Source of the DNA: Alphaproteobacteria bacterium
Lineage (GTDB): Bacteria; Pseudomonadota; Alphaproteobacteria; CALKHQ01
Assembly (NCBI GenBank): GCA_965227515.1
Contig: CBDDFZ010000001.1
Coordinates: forward strand, 1,760,001 to 1,824,000
Length of the DNA: 64,000 nt
Direction of reading: 5' to 3'
Under the pieces are notes generated by a model, which had not been told where the DNA came from, searched no databases, and saw only the letters and a program-made list of their open reading frames with translations. Below, in pieces: positions 52,625 through 62,740 of the stretch; position 1 is the first letter of the stretch, and each line of letters opens with the position of its first letter. A program made the translations under genes and the position numbers.

Positions 52625-53453
52625 CTGGCGGCGTCCTGGGCGGCGTTTGGGGCGGCGAGGAGTCGGGGTCCTCTCCCGACTCCGCGGCCTCGTCCTTGCC
52701 GGCGGTCGAGCGCGTCAGGCGGTCGTAAGTGGCCGCGGCCTGTGGCGTGGGCAGCAGGACCGGCCGGCGATAGCGCTTGCGCTCCGGCTGCGGGATGACG
52801 GCGTAGACGTCCTTCGCCGCTTCCTGCAGCAGCACACCGCTGAACTGCGAGAACCACTTGGTGCCGACCCTCTCCCAGGCCGAGGCGGCGTGCAGGGTCA
52901 GCCGCCAGACGCTTGGCGGCACATAGAGCGCGCGTGCGGTCTGCATCGGCGTGAACATGGTCTCGCGCATCACCCGCGAGAGCTGGGAGAAGGTGTAGGG
53001 GCGGCCGTGGCCGAACGGCGTGCGCTCCAGCCGGGCCCACAGGCTGCGGCGGTTGGGAGCGACCACCAGCAGCCGCCCGCCGTCCGCCAGCACACGCCAG
53101 ATCTCGCGCATCATAGGGCGCAACTGCTCGGTGCACTCCAGCGCGTGCACCATAATCAGACGGTCGATGCTGCGGTCGGGAAACGGCAGCTCGGCCTCGT
53201 CGGCCAGCACGACCCGGCCCGGCCCTTCGGCCGGCCAGTGGACGACGCCCTGACGCGGCGGCATCACCGTGACCACCCGCGCCGCATCGGCCAGGAACGG
53301 GCGCAGGAACGGGTTGGCGTAGCCGATGCCGACGACGTTCATGCCGGTGACGTTCGGCCAGATCGCGCGGACCTGGCGCCGGATCATCCGCCGGGCGACC
53401 TGACCCAGCGGCTCGTTGTAGAAGTCCCTCAGCTCGACGACGTCATTCCACAT
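52605..53453 (-). CDS. Methyltransferase type 11 (YafS-like)
   Basis: LRDFY..PLG, GIGYANP and TPFGHGRPY. Confidence 0.85.
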   Translation of the reverse strand: MWNDVVELRDFYNEPLGQVARRMIRRQVRAIWPNVTGMNVVGIGYANPFLRPFLADAARVVTVMPPRQGVVHWPAEGPGRVVLADEAELPFPDRSIDRLIMVHALECTEQLRPMMREIWRVLADGGRLLVVAPNRRSLWARLERTPFGHGRPYTFSQLSRVMRETMFTPMQTARALYVPPSVWRLTLHAASAWERVGTKWFSQFSGVLLQEAAKDVYAVIPQPERKRYRRPVLLPTPQAAATYDRLTRSTAGKDEAAESGEDPDSSPPQTPPRTPPVSPASA

Positions 53454-53472
53454 CGCGTCAGCCCCTCATGCC

Positions 53473-55125
53473 TTACTGGCTCACCACGCCTTCGATCGCC
53501 TCCAGGTTGAAGGCGGCCGCCATCAGCGCCTTGGTATAGGCCTCCTGCGGCGCGTCGAAGATATTATCGGCGCTGCCCTGTTCGACAACCTTGCCGTCCT
53601 TCATGACGATGACGTGGTCCGACAGCGCGCGCACCACGCGCAGGTCGTGGCTGATGAACAGGTAGGCCAGCTTGTAGCGTTCCTGCAGGTCGCGCAACAG
53701 GTCGACGATCTGCGCCTGCACCGACATGTCGAGCGCGCTGGTCGGCTCGTCGAGCACAACGAATTTCGGCTTCAGCACCATGGCCCGCGCGATCGCGATG
53801 CGCTGGCGCTGGCCGCCCGAGAATTCGTGCGGATAGCGGAACCGGCTCTCCGGGTCCAGATTGACCTCGCGCAGCGCCTCGACGATGCGTTCCTCGCGTT
53901 CGGCGCGGTTGGCGCCGATCTTGTGGACCTTCAGGCCCTCTTCGATGATCTGCGAGATGGACATCCGCGGGCTGAGGCTGCCGAACGGGTCCTGGAACAC
54001 TATCTGCATCTCGCGGCGCAGGTGGCGCAGCTGCTTGGAGTGCAGGTCGTCGATTTCCTGGCCGGTGAACGTGATCGGTCCGTCACTGGAAATCAGCCGC
54101 AGCAGCGCCAGGCCCAGCGTGGTCTTGCCCGACCCGCTCTCGCCGACCACACCGACGGTCTGGCCCTCGTGGATGGTGACCGAGATGCCGTCGACCGCGC
54201 GCACATAGTCCACCGTGCGGCGCACGATGCCGGCCTTGATCGGGAAATAGACCTTGATGTCGCTGGTGGCCATGATGGTGGGCGCACCCTCGATCGGCTT
54301 GACCGGCTTGCCCTTGGGCTCGGCGGCGAGCAGATGGCGGGTGTAGGCATGCTGCGGGTCGCCGAACACGGTGGCGACCGGGCCCTTTTCCACGATCTCG
54401 CCGTTCTGCATCACGCAGACCTCGTCGGCCATGCGGCGCACGATGGTCAGGTCGTGGGTGATGAACAGGATCGCCATGCCGAACTCGGCCTGGATGTCCT
54501 TCATCAGCTTCAGGATCTGCGCCTGGATGGTCACGTCCAGCGCCGTCGTCGGCTCGTCGGCGATCAGCAGGTCGGGGTCGTTGGCCAGCGCCATGGCGAT
54601 CATCACCCGCTGGCGCTGGCCGCCCGACAGTTCGTGGGGCAGCGCGCCCAGCCGCTTCTCCGGCTCCGGCAGGCCGACCAGGTTGAGCAGCTCCAGGGTG
54701 CGCAGGCGCGCCTGCTCCCGGCTCATGCCCTTGTGCAGGATCAGGGTCTCGTTGACCTGCTTCTCGATCGAGTGCAGCGGGTTGAGCGAGGTCATCGGCT
54801 CCTGGAACACCATCGCGATGTCGTCGCCGCGGATCTTGCGCATCTTGCTGTCGGGCGCGCCGACAAGCTCCTGGCCCTTGAAGGTGATGCTGGAGCCCGG
54901 GGTGTGCTGCGCGGTGGGGTAGGGCAGCAGCTGCAGGATGGAGAGGGCGGAGACCGACTTGCCCGAGCCGGATTCGCCCACCAGCGCCATCGTGTGGCCG
55001 CGCTGCAGCGAGAAGCTGACGCCCTTGACCGCTTCCACGATACCGCCGGGCGCGCGGAAATTGACGCCAAGGTCTTTCACGTCCAGCAGCAACTGGTTGT
55101 CCGTTTCGGGTCTTGGATCAGCCAT
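53473..55125 (-). CDS. yejF: Peptide/microcin C ABC transporter ATP-binding protein
   Basis: Two ABC domains (GESGSGKS/T; SGGQRQR). Confidence 0.9.
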   Translation of the reverse strand: MADPRPETDNQLLLDVKDLGVNFRAPGGIVEAVKGVSFSLQRGHTMALVGESGSGKSVSALSILQLLPYPTAQHTPGSSITFKGQELVGAPDSKMRKIRGDDIAMVFQEPMTSLNPLHSIEKQVNETLILHKGMSREQARLRTLELLNLVGLPEPEKRLGALPHELSGGQRQRVMIAMALANDPDLLIADEPTTALDVTIQAQILKLMKDIQAEFGMAILFITHDLTIVRRMADEVCVMQNGEIVEKGPVATVFGDPQHAYTRHLLAAEPKGKPVKPIEGAPTIMATSDIKVYFPIKAGIVRRTVDYVRAVDGISVTIHEGQTVGVVGESGSGKTTLGLALLRLISSDGPITFTGQEIDDLHSKQLRHLRREMQIVFQDPFGSLSPRMSISQIIEEGLKVHKIGANRAEREERIVEALREVNLDPESRFRYPHEFSGGQRQRIAIARAMVLKPKFVVLDEPTSALDMSVQAQIVDLLRDLQERYKLAYLFISHDLRVVRALSDHVIVMKDGKVVEQGSADNIFDAPQEAYTKALMAAAFNLEAIEGVVSQ

Positions 55126-55128
55126 CGG

Positions 55129-56265
55129 TCACCGGATTGTCTTTCGCGGGTCGAAGGCGTCGCGCACCGCCTCGCCAATGAACACCAGCAGCGCCAGCAT
55201 CAGCGCCAGTACGAAGAATGCCGTGATGCCGAGCCATGGCGCCTGCAGGTTCGCCTTGCCCTGCGCCAGCAGGTCGCCCAGCGACGGCGAGCCGGGCGGC
55301 AGGCCGAAGCCCAGATAGTCCAGGGCGGTCAGCGAGGTGATGGCGCCGGACAGGGTGAACGGCAGCATGGTCAGCGTCGCCACCATCGCGTTCGGCAGCA
55401 CATGGCGGCGCATGATGGTGAAGTGGCCGACGCCGAGCGCGCGCGCGGCGCGCACATAGTCGAAGTTGCGGCCGCGCAGGAACTCGGCCCGCACCAGCCC
55501 CTGCAGCCCCATCCAACTGAACAGCAGCAGCAGGACCAGCACGGTCCAAAAGCCCTGCTCGATGCGCGGATCGCCGGCCAGGATGATCAGCAGGAACAGC
55601 ACCGGCATGCCGGCCCATATCTCGACGAAACGCTGGAACGACAGGTCGAGCAGGCCGCCGAAATAGCCCTGGATGGCGCCGAAGAAGATGCCGACGATCA
55701 TGCTGCCGAAGGTGAGCAGCAGCCCGAACAGGACCGAGATGCGGAAGCCGTAGATCGTGCCCGCGATGACGTCGCGGGCCCCGTCGTCGGTGCCCAGCCA
55801 GTGGATACCGTCCGGCGGCGACGGCGCGGGATGGGTGAGTGTCTTGTCGAAGGTGTCGTAGCTGAACGGGATCAACGGCCAGAGGATCCAGCCGTTTTCC
55901 TCGATCAGTTCCTGCACTTCGGGTTCGCTGTACTCCGCCTCGGTCTCGAAGAAACCGCCATACTCGGTCTCCGGCACGACTTCCAGGATCGGGAAGTACA
56001 GGGTGCCGTCGTAGGAGACGACCAGCGGCCTGTCGTTGGCGACGAACTCGGCGAACAGGCAGATCACGAACAGGACCATGAAGATCCAGAACGACCAATA
56101 GCCGCGGCGGTTGGCGCGGAAATTGGCCAGGCGCCGCGCGGTGAGAGGCGTGATCGGCCGGCCGAACCACGTCGGCGCCTTGGCCGCCGGCACCGCCGCC
56201 TCCGGCATCGTCCTCTCCGACGCCGGCCGCTGCAACGTGGTCAGGCTGTCGCTGCCGTCGGTCAC
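55129..56265 (-). CDS. yejE: Peptide ABC permease
   Basis: FRANRRGYWS, RAEFLRGRNFDYV and GEAVRDAFDPR. Confidence 0.9.
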   Translation of the reverse strand: MTDGSDSLTTLQRPASERTMPEAAVPAAKAPTWFGRPITPLTARRLANFRANRRGYWSFWIFMVLFVICLFAEFVANDRPLVVSYDGTLYFPILEVVPETEYGGFFETEAEYSEPEVQELIEENGWILWPLIPFSYDTFDKTLTHPAPSPPDGIHWLGTDDGARDVIAGTIYGFRISVLFGLLLTFGSMIVGIFFGAIQGYFGGLLDLSFQRFVEIWAGMPVLFLLIILAGDPRIEQGFWTVLVLLLLFSWMGLQGLVRAEFLRGRNFDYVRAARALGVGHFTIMRRHVLPNAMVATLTMLPFTLSGAITSLTALDYLGFGLPPGSPSLGDLLAQGKANLQAPWLGITAFFVLALMLALLVFIGEAVRDAFDPRKTIR

Positions 56266-56266
56266 G

Positions 56267-57367
56267 TCAGACCTCCCGGCTGGAGAAGTCGATCCGGGGA
56301 TCGACGAGGTGGTAGCAGATGTCCGACACCAGATGGATCAGCAGGCCAAGCAGCGTGAAAACGTAAAGGGTGGCGAAGACGATGGGATAGTCGCGCTTCA
56401 CCACCGCCTCGAAGCCGAGCAGGCCCAGCCCGTCCAGCGAGAACACGATCTCGATCAACAGCGATCCAGCGAAGATGATGCCGATGATGGCGGCCGGAAA
56501 TCCCGCGATGATTAGGATCATGGCGTTTCGGAACACGTGGCCGTAGAGCACGCGCTTGGATGTCAGGCCCTTGGAGCGCGCGGTCAGCACGTATTGTTTG
56601 CCGATCTCTTCCAGGAACGAGTTCTTGGTCAGCATGGTCAGCCCGGCAAAGCTGGAGATGACCAGGGCCGTGATCGGCAGCACCATGTGCCACAGATAGT
56701 CGATGATCTGCCCGAATAGACTGAGTTCGTTCCAATCGTCGCTGACCAGCCCGCGTAACGGGAACCAGTCGAAGTAGCGTCCGCCAGCGAACACCACGAT
56801 CAGCAGGATGGCGAACAGGAAGCTCGGGATCGCATAGAGGGCGATGATGACGCCGCTGGTCCAGACGTCGAAGCGGGTGCCGTCGCGCACCGCCTTGCGG
56901 ATGCCGAGCGGGATGCAGACCAGATAGGTGATGATCGTGGTCCACAGGCCGAGCGAGATCGAGACCGGCAGGCGCTCGACCACCAGATCGATGACGCTGC
57001 GGCCGCGGAAATAGCTCTCGCCGAAGTCGAAGGTGATGTAGTTGCCCATCATCAGCACGAAGCGCTCGTGCAGCGGCTTGTCGAAGCCGAACTGGCGCTC
57101 CAACTGGGCGATGAATTCCGGTGGCAGGCCTTGCGCGCCGGACTGCTCGTTGTCGACCGTCTGGCTCGCATCCCCGGTGTTGCCGGTCTCGGACCCGGTG
57201 TTGCCGCTGATACCGGCGGTGGCGTCCACGCCCAGGCCCTGCAGGTCGGCGATGATCTGCGCCACCGGCCCGCCCGGGGCGGTCTGGATGATCAGGAAAT
57301 TCAGGATCATGATCCCGAGCAGAGTCGGGATGATCAGCAGCAGACGCCGGATGATATAGCTGAGCAC
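56267..57367 (-). CDS. yejB: Peptide ABC permease
   Basis: [19 protein letters not shown] and [10 protein letters not shown]. Confidence 0.92.
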   Translation of the reverse strand: MLSYIIRRLLLIIPTLLGIMILNFLIIQTAPGGPVAQIIADLQGLGVDATAGISGNTGSETGNTGDASQTVDNEQSGAQGLPPEFIAQLERQFGFDKPLHERFVLMMGNYITFDFGESYFRGRSVIDLVVERLPVSISLGLWTTIITYLVCIPLGIRKAVRDGTRFDVWTSGVIIALYAIPSFLFAILLIVVFAGGRYFDWFPLRGLVSDDWNELSLFGQIIDYLWHMVLPITALVISSFAGLTMLTKNSFLEEIGKQYVLTARSKGLTSKRVLYGHVFRNAMILIIAGFPAAIIGIIFAGSLLIEIVFSLDGLGLLGFEAVVKRDYPIVFATLYVFTLLGLLIHLVSDICYHLVDPRIDFSSREV

Positions 57368-57391
57368 GGATCGCGACCCGCGGCGTGTCGG

Positions 57392-59248
57392 TTACTGGCG
57401 CGCGGCTGCCCGGCGATCCGCCAGCGTCGCCGCCTTCTCCGCGTCATACCACCAGGCCGTGAACGGCACGCCGCGCGACGGCGCCTCGTCGGGGCGCGGA
57501 TGGTCGTATTGGTCCCAATAGGCAACCCAGGTCGTCGGGTTGTTCCATTCCGGCACCGCGAACATCTCCCAGATGACGGCGCGATCCAGCGCGCGGGTGC
57601 GGATCACCAGATCCTCACGGGTCGGCGCCTGGATCACCAGGTCGATCAGCGCGTCGATGGCCGGGTTGGCCAGTCCCATGACGTTGCGGCTGCCCGGCGT
57701 GTCGGCGGCCCCCGAGCCCCAATAGTCGCGCTGCTCGTTGCCCGGCGACAGCGATTGCGCGATTCCGAAATTCACCGCGTCGAAATCGAAGTTGTTTAGC
57801 CGCTCGACATACTGGGACGTCTCGACGGTGCGCACCTCGGCCGCGACGCCGATACGTTGCAGGTTGGTCGCATAGGGCAGCATGATCCGCTCGAAACTCG
57901 GCGAGACCAGCAGGATCTCCATCTCAAGCCGGGTGCCGGTGTCCTGATGGACGCGCACGCCGTCCTCCATCACGTAGCCAGCTTCCTCCAGCAACTCCAC
58001 GGCGCGGCGCAGGTTGGCGCGCAGGCCGGTTTCGGCCGTCGACGGCGCCTCGTAGTCCAGCTCGAACACCTCCGGCTGCAACTGGTCGCGGAAGGGTTCC
58101 AGCACCGCCAGCTCTTCCGGGCTCGGCGGGCCGCTGGCCTCAAGTTCCGAGGCCTCGAACAAGCTGTCGGTGCGTTGGTAGAGGCTGTAGAACAGGTTCT
58201 CGTTGGTCCATTCGAAATCGAACGCCAGGATCAGTGCCTCGCGCACCCGGCGGTCGGCGAACTGCGGCCGGCGCAGGTTGAAGAACAGGCCCTGGAACGG
58301 CTCGGCCAGTTCGTTCTCCAGTTCCTCCTTCACGATCACGCCGGCTTCGACCTCAGGGATGTCGTAGCCGGTGGCCCAGTTCTTCGAGGTGTTCTCGGTG
58401 CGGTAGTCGATGTCGCCGCTCTTGAACGCCTCGAACGCCACGTCGGCATCGAGGTAATAGTCGAACACGATGCGGTCGATATTGTGCATGCCGCGCATCA
58501 CAGGCAGGTCGGCGGCCCAATAGTCCGGGTTGCGCTCGAACACGATGCGCCGGCCCGGATCGACTTCGGCGATGATGTAGGCGCCGCTTGAGATGTAGGG
58601 GTCCAGCGACACCCGGGTGATCTCGCGCTCGGCCCACTCGTCCTTCGACATGATGCGGAGCTGGCCCAGGATCAGGGGGAGCTCCAGATTCTCGTTGGTC
58701 GAGAAGTCGAAGCGCACCGTGTGCTCGCCCACCTGGCTCACGCTTTCCACGTCGGCATAATAGAACTGGTCGCGCGGGAAGTGGGTTGTCCAGGCCTCGA
58801 ACGACCAGATCACGTCGTCCACCGTGATCGGCGTGCCGTCGGCGAATTTGGCGTCGGGGTTCAGGTCGAACTCGACCCAGCCGCGGTCCGCGGGCACCCG
58901 CACGGTCTCGCAGATCAGGCAGTACTCCGTGAACGGCTCGTCGCTGCTGGAAACCATCAGCGTGTCCATCGTGTAGATGACCAGCGGGTTGAACGGCACG
59001 GTGCCCTGGATGATGAACGGGTTCAGGCTGTCGAACCCGCCGACGCCGCCCAGGCGCATGGTGCCGCCCTTGGGTGCATCCGGGTTGACGTAGTCCCAAT
59101 GCTCGAAGTCGGGCCCGTACTTCACATCCCCGTGCATCGCGAAGGCATGGCCCTCATACACCTCCTCGTCCTGGGCGAAGGCGGTGCCGGCGGCGGCGAT
59201 GGCGGTCAGCGCGCCGGCGGCAACGATGCGTCGGGTCATGGTTGGCAT
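57392..59248 (-). CDS. yejA: Peptide ABC substrate-binding protein
   Basis: YVNPDAPKGG, FDSLNPF and SPGNEQRDYWGS. Confidence 0.9.
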   Translation of the reverse strand: MPTMTRRIVAAGALTAIAAAGTAFAQDEEVYEGHAFAMHGDVKYGPDFEHWDYVNPDAPKGGTMRLGGVGGFDSLNPFIIQGTVPFNPLVIYTMDTLMVSSSDEPFTEYCLICETVRVPADRGWVEFDLNPDAKFADGTPITVDDVIWSFEAWTTHFPRDQFYYADVESVSQVGEHTVRFDFSTNENLELPLILGQLRIMSKDEWAEREITRVSLDPYISSGAYIIAEVDPGRRIVFERNPDYWAADLPVMRGMHNIDRIVFDYYLDADVAFEAFKSGDIDYRTENTSKNWATGYDIPEVEAGVIVKEELENELAEPFQGLFFNLRRPQFADRRVREALILAFDFEWTNENLFYSLYQRTDSLFEASELEASGPPSPEELAVLEPFRDQLQPEVFELDYEAPSTAETGLRANLRRAVELLEEAGYVMEDGVRVHQDTGTRLEMEILLVSPSFERIMLPYATNLQRIGVAAEVRTVETSQYVERLNNFDFDAVNFGIAQSLSPGNEQRDYWGSGAADTPGSRNVMGLANPAIDALIDLVIQAPTREDLVIRTRALDRAVIWEMFAVPEWNNPTTWVAYWDQYDHPRPDEAPSRGVPFTAWWYDAEKAATLADRRAAARQ

Positions 59249-59419
59249 GAACTGGTCCCGTGGCTGTGGTGGGGGCGGATGCCGGGCCGGCCGCGGCGGT
59301 GCGGCGCTGGTTGCGCCGTCATGGGGCTCCGGGTCTTGCTGCGGCGTTCGGACTGCGGCATGGCACACATAATGATCACGACCGACACTCAACGGTGCGG
59401 TTGTGACCATTTTGCGGCA

Positions 59420-59589
59420 CTAGTGGTTCGATTCCAACATTTGCTTCGTGTCGCGGCATCGTCCATTGCAAATGTTGGAATCTCCGGAACCACTAGCAAG
59501 AGACATCTCTCTAGTGGAATTTTCGAATTTGACATTTGAACCGTCGTACGACCCCCGGCCAACGTCAAATGTCAAATTCATTCCACTAG
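59420..59589. repeat. AT-rich double-hairpin element bounded by CTAG (MITE/REP-like)
   Basis: Hairpin 1 CTAGTGGTTCGATTCCAACATTTGC...GCAAATGTTGGAATC..GAACCACTAG; hairpin 2 CTAGTGGAAT..GAATTTGACATTTGA...TCAAATGTCAAATTCATTCCACTAG. Confidence 0.8.
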
Positions 59590-59641
59590 CAGTGCGCTTG
59601 CAAACGAGATGATGATGGGAAAGCCGCCGATTGGGTCCGGA

Positions 59642-60421
59642 TCAGCCGTTCAGTATCTTCAACACCGGGTCGACCAGCCGCCGGTCGCCCGCCGCAAGGA
59701 TGGTGCCGTCCGAGCCTTTGTCGAGCGGCTTGCCCTGCCAGTCGACCACGGCCCCGCCGGCGCCCTCGATCACCGGCGGCAGGGCGGCATGGTCGTGCAG
59801 CTTCAGCCCGGCCTCGATGCTGAGGTCGATATAGCCGCTGGCCACCAGCCCGAATCCATAGCAGTCGCCGCCCCAATGGCTGAACTTGCCCTGGCTGGCG
59901 ACGGCCCGGAACTGGCCGAATTGCGTGTCGTCGAACAGGTCGGCGGCGGTGGTGTTGATGCGCGCTTCGGAGAGCTCGTCGCACGCGCGCGTGCGCACCG
60001 GCTTGCCGTTGCACAACGTCGGCCGCCCATGGGCGCCGATCCAGCGGTGCTGCAGGATCGGCTGGTCGATGACCCCGAGCACCGAGCGGCCGTTATGCAT
60101 TAGCGCGACCAGGGTGCCGAAGGTCAGCTTGTGGACGATGAAGGCCTTGGTGCCGTCGATGGGGTCCAGCACCCACACCCATTCGGCATCCTCTTTCTCG
60201 CGGCCGTATTCCTCGCCGATGATACCGTGATCGGGATAGCGCTGGTTGATCAGCTTGCGGATCACCGCCTCGGCGGCCTTGTCGGCCTCGGTCACCGGGC
60301 TGGCGTCAGGCTTGTCCTCGATCGCCGCGCCGTCCTCGTAGTACCGGCGCACGATCGGACCGCTGGCGGCGACAAGCTGCTCGGCGAAGGCGACGTATTC
60401 GAACGGGCAGGATGCGGTCAT
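59642..60421 (-). CDS. hisN: Histidinol-phosphatase (inositol monophosphatase family)
   Basis: SPVTEAD, WVLDPIDGTKAF, GGDCY and LKLHD. Confidence 0.88.
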   Translation of the reverse strand: MTASCPFEYVAFAEQLVAASGPIVRRYYEDGAAIEDKPDASPVTEADKAAEAVIRKLINQRYPDHGIIGEEYGREKEDAEWVWVLDPIDGTKAFIVHKLTFGTLVALMHNGRSVLGVIDQPILQHRWIGAHGRPTLCNGKPVRTRACDELSEARINTTAADLFDDTQFGQFRAVASQGKFSHWGGDCYGFGLVASGYIDLSIEAGLKLHDHAALPPVIEGAGGAVVDWQGKPLDKGSDGTILAAGDRRLVDPVLKILNG

Positions 60422-60447
60422 GAGGGCGCGGTCCTCCGACAGACCAG

Positions 60448-61689
60448 CTATTCGCCTTCGGACACGGTCTCCAGCGCCACCGGCTCGTCGGCCAGCGTGT
60501 GCAGATAGGCGATCAGGTCGATCCTGGCCTGCTCATCGGCAATGCCGACAAAGGGCATGCTGTTGCCGGGCGCGAACTGCGCCGGATTCTCCAGATAGCC
60601 GCTCAGCTTCTCCAGCGTCCACGTGCCCCCGATCTCCTGCAGGGCCCCGGAATAGCGGAAGCCCTCCACGCCGGCCACATCGCGGCCGACCACGTTCCAC
60701 ATTGGCGGACCCAGGAGGGTCTGCGCGTTGGCATCGCGGGAGTGACAGACACCGCAGGGCTGGAATTGCGCCTCGCCATTCTCGACCGAAGCCTCGGCAA
60801 CAGCGGCGGCCAGCCCGGTCAGTGCCGCAACGTCACCCTCGGTGTCGGCTGCTTCGTCGGTGGCTGCATCTTCCTCGGGCGCGCCTTCGTCGGTCGCATC
60901 TTCCTCAGGAGCCACCTCGTCGGTGGCGTCTTCCTCAGGCGCGGCCTCGTCGGTGGCGTCTTCCTCAGGCGCGGCCTCGTCGGTGGCATCTTCCTCGGGT
61001 GCGCCTTCGTCGGTTACGTCTTCCTCGGGCGCGCCCTCGTCAGTGGCGCCCTCATCACCCTCAACGTCCTCGCCGCCTTCTTCGCCGCCTTCCTCGGGCG
61101 GTGCTGCGGCTTCGGCCTCGGCGGCCAGCACGGCGTCGACCTCTTCCTGGGTCGGCAGCGGCACCGGGTCGCCGCTGAGGGTGCGCAGATACGCAATCAG
61201 GTCGGCGCGGTCTTCCACATCGGCCATGCCGGCATAGCCCATACCGGTGCCCGGAATTTCTTCCTGCGGCGCGTGAAGGAACGCGCTCAGGGCCTCATAC
61301 GTCCAATCGCCGGGGTATTCCTGGATCGGGGCGCTGTAGTTGAAGCCTTCGACCGTCGCGACATCCCGGCCAACGACGTTCCACAGGTTCGGGCCGAGCC
61401 CGTTGGCCCCGCCCTCGTTATTGGTGTGGCAACTCATGCAGACGCCGAACGCGTCCGCGCCGTCCTCGGCCGATGCCTCCAGCATGTAGGGCAGAACCGA
61501 CGGCTCCGCCTCTTCCACGACCTCCTGGACGGGGCCTTCCTCGCCATGCGGCACCGGATACGCCAGCGCTTCGTGGCCACCGTGATCGCCCGGGAACAGC
61601 GCGGCCCCGAAATGCCCGATCGCAACGGTTACCAGCAGGGATGACAGGACCGCACCGGCGATCTTGTTTGTGCTTCCACCACTCGACAT
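60448..61689 (-). CDS. Membrane-anchored tandem di-haem cytochrome c (cy/c2-like x2) with acidic repeat linker
   Basis: N-terminal anchor NKIAGAVL; CMSCH...PGTGM and CGVCH...PGNSM; divergent from kdsB as cycM usually is. Confidence 0.88.
   Translation of the reverse strand: MSSGGSTNKIAGAVLSSLLVTVAIGHFGAALFPGDHGGHEALAYPVPHGEEGPVQEVVEEAEPSVLPYMLEASAEDGADAFGVCMSCHTNNEGGANGLGPNLWNVVGRDVATVEGFNYSAPIQEYPGDWTYEALSAFLHAPQEEIPGTGMGYAGMADVEDRADLIAYLRTLSGDPVPLPTQEEVDAVLAAEAEAAAPPEEGGEEGGEDVEGDEGATDEGAPEEDVTDEGAPEEDATDEAAPEEDATDEAAPEEDATDEVAPEEDATDEGAPEEDAATDEAADTEGDVAALTGLAAAVAEASVENGEAQFQPCGVCHSRDANAQTLLGPPMWNVVGRDVAGVEGFRYSGALQEIGGTWTLEKLSGYLENPAQFAPGNSMPFVGIADEQARIDLIAYLHTLADEPVALETVSEGE
60871..61050 (-). 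repeat. 30-bp tandem repeat x6 encoding ATDE(G/A/V)APEED
   Basis: TTCCTC(G/A)GG.GC...TCGTCGGT.GC.TC units. Confidence 0.9.
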
Positions 61690-61939
61690 CGATACCCCGT
61701 ACCATAAGCGGCATCGCGCCGATGGCCGGGCGGCCATCGCGCAACCAGAAAAGTCGCATCGCCCGTAGCCAGCGTCGTACGATGCAGCCTTGCGTCCGGG
61801 CGGGCCAGAAAGTACGCCTTGGCCCGGCTTGTCGACACCCCAATGCGCTTATATGACGCATTATCGGCGTGTGCCGGCAAGCCGGTGCGTACTGCAGCCT
61901 GGAGTCCCTTCTGCGACGCAACCGGAATACCCGGCATTC

Positions 61940-62698
61940 ATGCCTGTCAGCAACCGGAACCCGCACGTGCGACCGATCATTCTGATTCCCGCCCGCCTGG
62001 CCGCCCGCCGCCTGCCCGACAAGCCATTGGCCGATATCCACGGCGAACCGATGATCGTGCATGTCTGGCGCCGCGCCATGGAGGCCGATCTGGGCCCCGT
62101 CTTCGTCGCCTGCTGCGACGAGGCAGTACGCGACGCGGTCGAGGCCGCCGGCGCCAACGCGGTGATGACCACGCCCGACCTGCCGTCCGGCACCGACCGC
62201 ATCCACGAGGCGCTGGGCAGCATCGACCCCGATGGCGCCCATGACGTGATCATCAACGTACAGGGCGACCTGCCGACGCTGCCGCCGTCGGACATACGCA
62301 CCGCCGTCGACGGCCTGTCGGCCAACGGCGCCGACATCTCCACCGTCGCCGCCATCATCACCAGCCGGGAGGAAACCGACGCGCCCCACGTGGTGAAGGC
62401 GGTCGTCTCAATGCCGGAGGGCGCGCGCGGCGGCCGGGCGATCTATTTCACGCGCGTGCCGGCGCCGTCGGGCGAGGGGGCGCTGCTGCACCACATCGGG
62501 CTCTACGTGTACACCCGCGCGGCGCTTGACCGGTTCGTGGCGCTGCCGCCGTCGCCGCTGGAGCAGCGTGAGCGCCTGGAACAGCTCCGTGCGCTGGAGA
62601 ACGGCATGACGATCCAGTGCTCGCTGGTTGACAGCGTGCCCCTGGGGGTGGATACGCAAGCCGACCTTGAGGCCGCGCGGCGGATGCTCGCGCCCTGA
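61940..62698 (+). CDS. kdsB: 3-deoxy-manno-octulosonate cytidylyltransferase
   Basis: IPARL...LPDKPL, SGTDR, NVQGD and LEQLRALE; start 61940 or GTG 61967. Confidence 0.93.
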   Translation: MPVSNRNPHVRPIILIPARLAARRLPDKPLADIHGEPMIVHVWRRAMEADLGPVFVACCDEAVRDAVEAAGANAVMTTPDLPSGTDRIHEALGSIDPDGAHDVIINVQGDLPTLPPSDIRTAVDGLSANGADISTVAAIITSREETDAPHVVKAVVSMPEGARGGRAIYFTRVPAPSGEGALLHHIGLYVYTRAALDRFVALPPSPLEQRERLEQLRALENGMTIQCSLVDSVPLGVDTQADLEAARRMLAP

Positions 62699-62740
62699 GG
62701 CGATAGACTTATCCTCCCTTCGCACCATCGGCACCGTACC

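Noticed and set aside
60871-61050. Possible CRISPR-like array of 30-bp repeats
   Set aside because: The repeats are contiguous, have no spacers and are in frame within a CDS; there are no cas genes in the window.
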